From: Camelus ferus
Taxonomy: Eukaryota
Assembly: GCF_009834535.1 (NCBI RefSeq)
Contig: NC_045707.1
Coordinates: 62,932,001 to 62,996,000 of the forward strand
Direction of reading: 5' to 3'
Length of the DNA: 64,000 bases
Shown: positions 59,226 through 64,000 of the stretch, piece after piece
Numbering within the stretch: position 1 is the first letter of the stretch
How the letters are laid out: each line of letters starts with the position of its first letter
Made by a program: the position numbers and the translations under genes
Notes under the pieces: generated by a model
Database searches by the model: none
Told to the model about the DNA's origin: nothing
What the model saw: the letters and a program-made list of their open reading frames with translations, nothing else

Positions 59226-61834
59226 CTCCCGCACTGCCGAGTGTCCCTGTCCCTCCTAGCTACCACTGATGTCAACTTGATGTGTTCATAGATTCACTTG
59301 GGTAATAACACTTTCAGCTCCACGTTGCCGTGGGAAGATCCTTCCAGCATCCTGCCCCTGCGTAACAGACGCTGATCTGTGGTTTTTGCTTTTGTGATTA
59401 CCCACGCTGCTTCTTACCATGCTTTCTTTCTTGAAACGACTCACAGTGGCTCATAGATCAAATGGAAACAATGCTATGAAAACATCGTAATGTGTACTAA
59501 CTGGGTTATTACTGAAGTACTTCGTAAGGGTCAAAAGAGTTTTTATAGGGGGCAAGAAGTATATTGTTTAGTTGATTAATACCCACATTATTCCCCAAAG
59601 AGGATTTAAGGCCATTGGAAATATAATTTCAACTCAACCTGCTGTTCTATAACACTGCTATAAAAATAGTTATATTAATTGAAAAGAAATTTGTTATTAA
59701 CCAATGCTATTTGAATTTGCAATGGTCAGAATTAAATTATATCTGTAGTTGCTTAGCCAAAAAAAAAAAAAAAAAAAACCACTTAGGAGTTTTATAAAAA
59801 TCTGGGTTTTTTTTCTAATCAGGATGTTGGTAATAGTAAAAGAGTTTTCCTCTTGCAGAATCTTCTGGATTTGACCAATGTTTGTATTTGAATATAAAAT
59901 AGTTCTCTCTCCTCCACTTCTAAACTACAGTAAAAAGAATATTCACATTCACTTTCCACCAATGATTTAAATTTCCTTTGTGTTATTTAAAACTTATTTA
60001 ATGTGTTTTTCATAATTGATCTACTTTGTGTTTTTTTCTTTTTTCCAATTTTTTTTGTTGGTTTATCTATTTGTCATAGAATAGCACAGCAAGGCTATTT
60101 GTGCTTTTTAAGTAACAGGTTGTATGTGTTCTCTCGACTAACCATCTAATGGATACAGACTTCATTGAAGAAGATATAAATATTTTTAAAAGTACAAGTA
60201 TTCAGACATTTTGTATCCCCCGGCTGACCACAGTACCCCCACTGAGCAATTGTATTGTTCCAAATGGGCATAATTCTTTAAAGGGTATTATAGCATGAGA
60301 ACACAATAAATGGTTCAATAATATTCAAGACTAACTTTTCTTGTTCTTAGAGAAGATTATCTCTGCCTCTTTATATATGCAGACACATAGGTTAGAGATA
60401 ACCTGGACATTCTCATCCTAAGAAATTCCTTTGTAAGTATAAATAGATGGGATTTTTTTTTCAGTGATACCTGAATTTACAAATAAAAACATTTCAAATA
60501 GATTCACTAGTGAAAATAAAAATAAATTTTAAATATAATTTTGCCTCAATTTTGATGACCATCATATAGTTTGATTGTACTTATGATACATCTAGTCAAA
60601 GTGTTTTCCCTTTATTCTGTAAACTGAATTTGCTTTCTGACTGATTTTGTTTCAGTTATTTTATATTCTAAGGCATAGAGACTCCTATATGCAAGGAATA
60701 TAATAAATGTATTACAGATATTTTCCTTTCTGTTTGCTTTTGGATATCAAACAGTTTCAAAGACTGGTTATAGCTGGCAACAGACATTAGAATTATAGTA
60801 TTTTTTTTTTAATGGAAGGCATTTAGAAAATACTTGTTAAAGTGCAAGACAGGAGGGAATGGTGGCAGAGAGAGGTATAAACATTTTTTTGTCCCTAGTC
60901 ATTAATTTTACTAATCTTGTTACTAACTTATGGAATTTATGTACAATCCAATGGAATGGACTTTCAGTTCATTCTATTGTCCAGAAAAAAATAACTCAGA
61001 AGTTTTGAAGTGTGCAAGTCAAATATAGCTTAGTTTTGTTGTATAAACAGGGACATAAATTTTAAGTGATTTTCTCTTCCTCTGGAATAATAATGATTCT
61101 TGGATATATAGTGACTTGGATATGCTTAATTTTGCTATTCGTTTATGTACATATGTGAAAAGATGGTATTTACCTTTTTATTAAGTATATTATATTGATA
61201 TTTTCTCATATAACTTTTCACTTCTCCAAGAAAGCTAATACACATAAAAAATATGAAATGGAAAAGTATCTGATGAATACCTGCCTTTCAAGATAATTTT
61301 GGTTAAAAAAAAATCTGGTTAAGCAAATTTATGGTTAAAATAAAAGAGATAATTGTGTCTATTTCCAGCTCTTTTGTGATATTTATTTCCCCCACTGGAA
61401 TTCTCAAAACTAGAGTGCCAAGATGGTTTTTAATCAGTTTTCTCAGTTTTTATACACTTTATTCTATTTATTTCTTTTGACGACTCAAGTGCAATTATAT
61501 ATCAGAATTGTTTCCAATTGTCAAACTACTTCTCATTTTTATGAACCAAACTGATAAGGGCATCTGCTCTGTGGTCTGTTGGAAACTTTCCGTCTCTTAC
61601 TCATTGGTGTTGGTAGCAGACCCTTCCTTATGGACAGCAGAGGTGACTGGAGTGGGTTCTGGAGACAGAAGTCCATTTCATTGTGCTTTTGCTGCCGTGG
61701 ATGCATTTGCATAAATAAAATCAGACTAAAGTGAATGTCATGGGGAGACACGAAGGGTAACAGAAATTACTAAAAAGGCAGTGGGCAGATTCAGAGAGCT
61801 GGGTAGAAGGTTGGAAGTGTCTGTAAATATTGAA

Positions 61835-62050
61835 CATACTGAATGAAATCATGGGCTCTGGACTCAAACTTTCTGGACTTGAGTTCCAACCTTGCCACTT
61901 ACAAAGTGAGCAAAGCCCTTAACCTCTCTAACCTAGTTAGTAAATGAGGATAGTAGTAGCACCTGCCTCGTGGACACCATGGACTTTCGTGATGTGGCAT
62001 CCATAGGCGGCCGTGATACTGCAGTAACAAAGCATAGTTTCTGACTTCAT
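61835..62050 (+). mobile_element. MIR SINE
   Basis: catgggctctggactcaaac...ttgccacttac...cttaacctctct...taaatgaggatagtagtagcacctgcctc. Confidence 0.8.
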
Positions 62051-62059
62051 AAAACTCAT

Positions 62060-63385
62060 ATGAGGCAGGAGATGACAAATAAGTAAAGATACAATTTGCC
62101 AAGGGGTTCTATGAACAGAAATAATGTAGGATAAAAGAACAGAGTGTGAAAGTACAGGAGGATGGGGAGGCTGTCAGTATTTCAGAAAAGGTGCTCAGGG
62201 AAGAGCTCACTAAGAAGATGGGATCTAAAGGAAGTCAGAGAGCAAGCCATATAGAGTTCTGGGGGAAAAAAAATTCTTCCAGGCAGGGAACAGGAATTGG
62301 AAAGGCCTGAGCCAAGAACATGTGAAGTGTGTTCAATTAATAGCAGAGAAGCCAATGAGGATTCAGCAAAGTGAAACAGAGGGAAAGTGACAGGAGGTGA
62401 ATTTCAAGAGGTAGGAGGCAACAGGCAGGAAGGCAGCAAAACACAGGGACTTGAGTGAAGGCAAGGACTTTAATTATTACCTTGAGTCAGATGAGAAGCC
62501 ATTGGAGGATTTTGTGTAGAGCAGTGACTAAACTTGTTTATGTTTTATAAAATAGCCATGGCTGATGTGTTGAGAGAAAGAGTGGAAACAGAAGAGTGAC
62601 TAAGAAATGAAATAATTATAGCTCCAACTAACTCAGTAACCCAGTGGACATGGTGGGAAATTATCATATTCTTGACAGAATTAGAAAGTAAGTTCACTGG
62701 GAATTTCCTAACATATTGACTGTGGGGTAGGAGACAAAGAGAAGGCATCTTGCATCCGCATATGGAGGGAAGAAATTGCCACCTCCTGAGATGGGGACGA
62801 TTAGAGGAGGAGCACTGTTGTCTGGGAAGGGAGGTTAAGGCCATGATATTTTAAAGATACTCTTTGGTACATAGTTGCCTACAAGCGTCTGAAGTTCAGT
62901 AAGAGATGGAGATATAAATTCAGACTGTTATCTGAGGTCATGACACTGAATAACATCCTCTAGGTAGTTAGTGTTGATAGTTAATGGGTCGAAGAACTGA
63001 GCTCTCAGGCATTCTGACATCTGAAGTTGGAGAAGATGGGTAGAAACGAGCAAAGGACACAGAAGAAATGGCTAGTAAAGGAGGAGGAACACTTAGAGAA
63101 CTCCGGAAGATTAGGGAAGAAAACATTTCAAATGCTATCAGCAGGTGAGTAATGGGAAGTGACCATTGAATGCGGTAACAAGAAGATGACTGTTGACCTG
63201 CACAAGAGAAGTCTGGTAAAATAGTGGGAATGCAAGCCCTTCTAGAGTAGGTTCAGGAGAGAATGAAAAAGGAGGAATGACAGTAATTCTCAGCTAACTT
63301 TTTTCAAGAAATTTTGCTACAAAAAAAAAAAAAGGAGAAAGGATAGTAGCTAAAGGAGAATTATGATCAAGAATTTTTTGAAACT
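62060..63385 (-). mobile_element. L2 3' portion
   Basis: tcagggaagagctcactaagaagatg; gcaaggactttaattattaccttgagtcagatgagaagccattggaggatttt; tttcaagaaattttgctac. Confidence 0.85.
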
Positions 63386-63492
63386 CAGAGATTGTTGTGA
63401 ATATGGAATGAGATAATGCATATAAGGCACCTAGACTAGAACAGAGCCTGACTTACAAGAGATCAATAAACGTTAGGTGTTATTATTATTAG
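63386..63492 (+). mobile_element. MIR 3' end
   Basis: attgttgtgaatatggaatgagataatgcatataaggcacct...tcaataaacgttag...tattattatt. Confidence 0.8.
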
Positions 63493-63689
63493 TGTACACT
63501 AAAGGGATATTTTTTCTATAAAAGCAACAAAAAGCCACTTCCTCCTGTTCTTTTTCTTCTCAATCTCTGAATAACTAAGCAGTTCTGAGATCACAGAAAT
63601 CTTTGGAAGACAGAGAAATCACCTTGACTCGCAACTGAATAAGTCAGCTGACTCGGGGACAAGGAAATATAGATAATTCATACTTACTT

Positions 63690-64000
63690 GTTATCAAATA
63701 ATCCAAACTCTGTGTTTTCGCCATATATTTCAAACTTGGCTGCATTTGACAGTTTACCACCTCCCCCTTCATGGAGCGCTCAGCTATCTTGATTTCTATG
63801 ACAACTTGTTACTGTTTTTTCTGCCTCACTGAACACTTCTCTAAACTGTCTTCTTCCTCTCTGAGTGTATATTTTTTCCCCAAGATTCTGTCTTCACTCG
63901 ATTTCTTCTCTCTCCCTCAATGATCTCAGTATCCAGAGGTACCTCATTCTGAAACACGTTCAAACCTGAATACATTTTCTTAACCCTGCCTTGGTTCTTC
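63690..64000 (+). mobile_element. L2 fragment (runs off window end)
   Basis: ctgcatttgacagtttaccacctccccctt...ccccaagattctgtctt...cctcattctgaaacacgttcaaacctgaa. Confidence 0.7.

Noticed and set aside
1..64000. CRISPR array, operon, NUMT, non-retroviral endogenous viral element or ERV gag/pol/env
   Set aside because: No regularly spaced repeat-spacer units, no gene-dense ORF structure, and no mitochondrial or viral protein motifs recognised; a tBLASTx/HMMER search would be needed to exclude highly decayed remnants

Overview
Mammalian, non-coding, repeat-rich genomic DNA (AT-rich, CpG-depleted), most likely from a camelid (alpaca/llama/camel). The evidence for this is a tRNA-Ala-derived Vic-1-type SINE with intact target-site duplications, and no recognisable Alu, B1/B2, Bov-tA/BovB or PRE-1 elements. 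I find no supportable protein-coding gene, rRNA, tRNA gene or CRISPR array. The ORF track is explained by chance ORFs and decayed LINE-1 ORF2 pieces. The window is a mosaic of ancient eutherian repeats (L2, MIR, MLT1/MaLR, MER34-like LTRs, MER2/MER5/MER94 DNA transposons, old L1M) overlaid by younger L1 3' ends, one SINE and one young ERV solo LTR. Repeat family names are from recalled consensus sequences, not a database search; boundaries of old repeats are approximate. The most interesting structures are: two apparent L1-mediated 3' transductions (one with a twin-priming-type inversion); a near-consensus CTCF motif inside an L2; an inverted LTR half joined to a MaLR internal region; a local duplication of a decayed MIR; a candidate 47-nt minus-strand exon; and repeat-free, CpG-retaining stretches that look like regulatory elements. 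I cannot support a claim of a novel biological system here.
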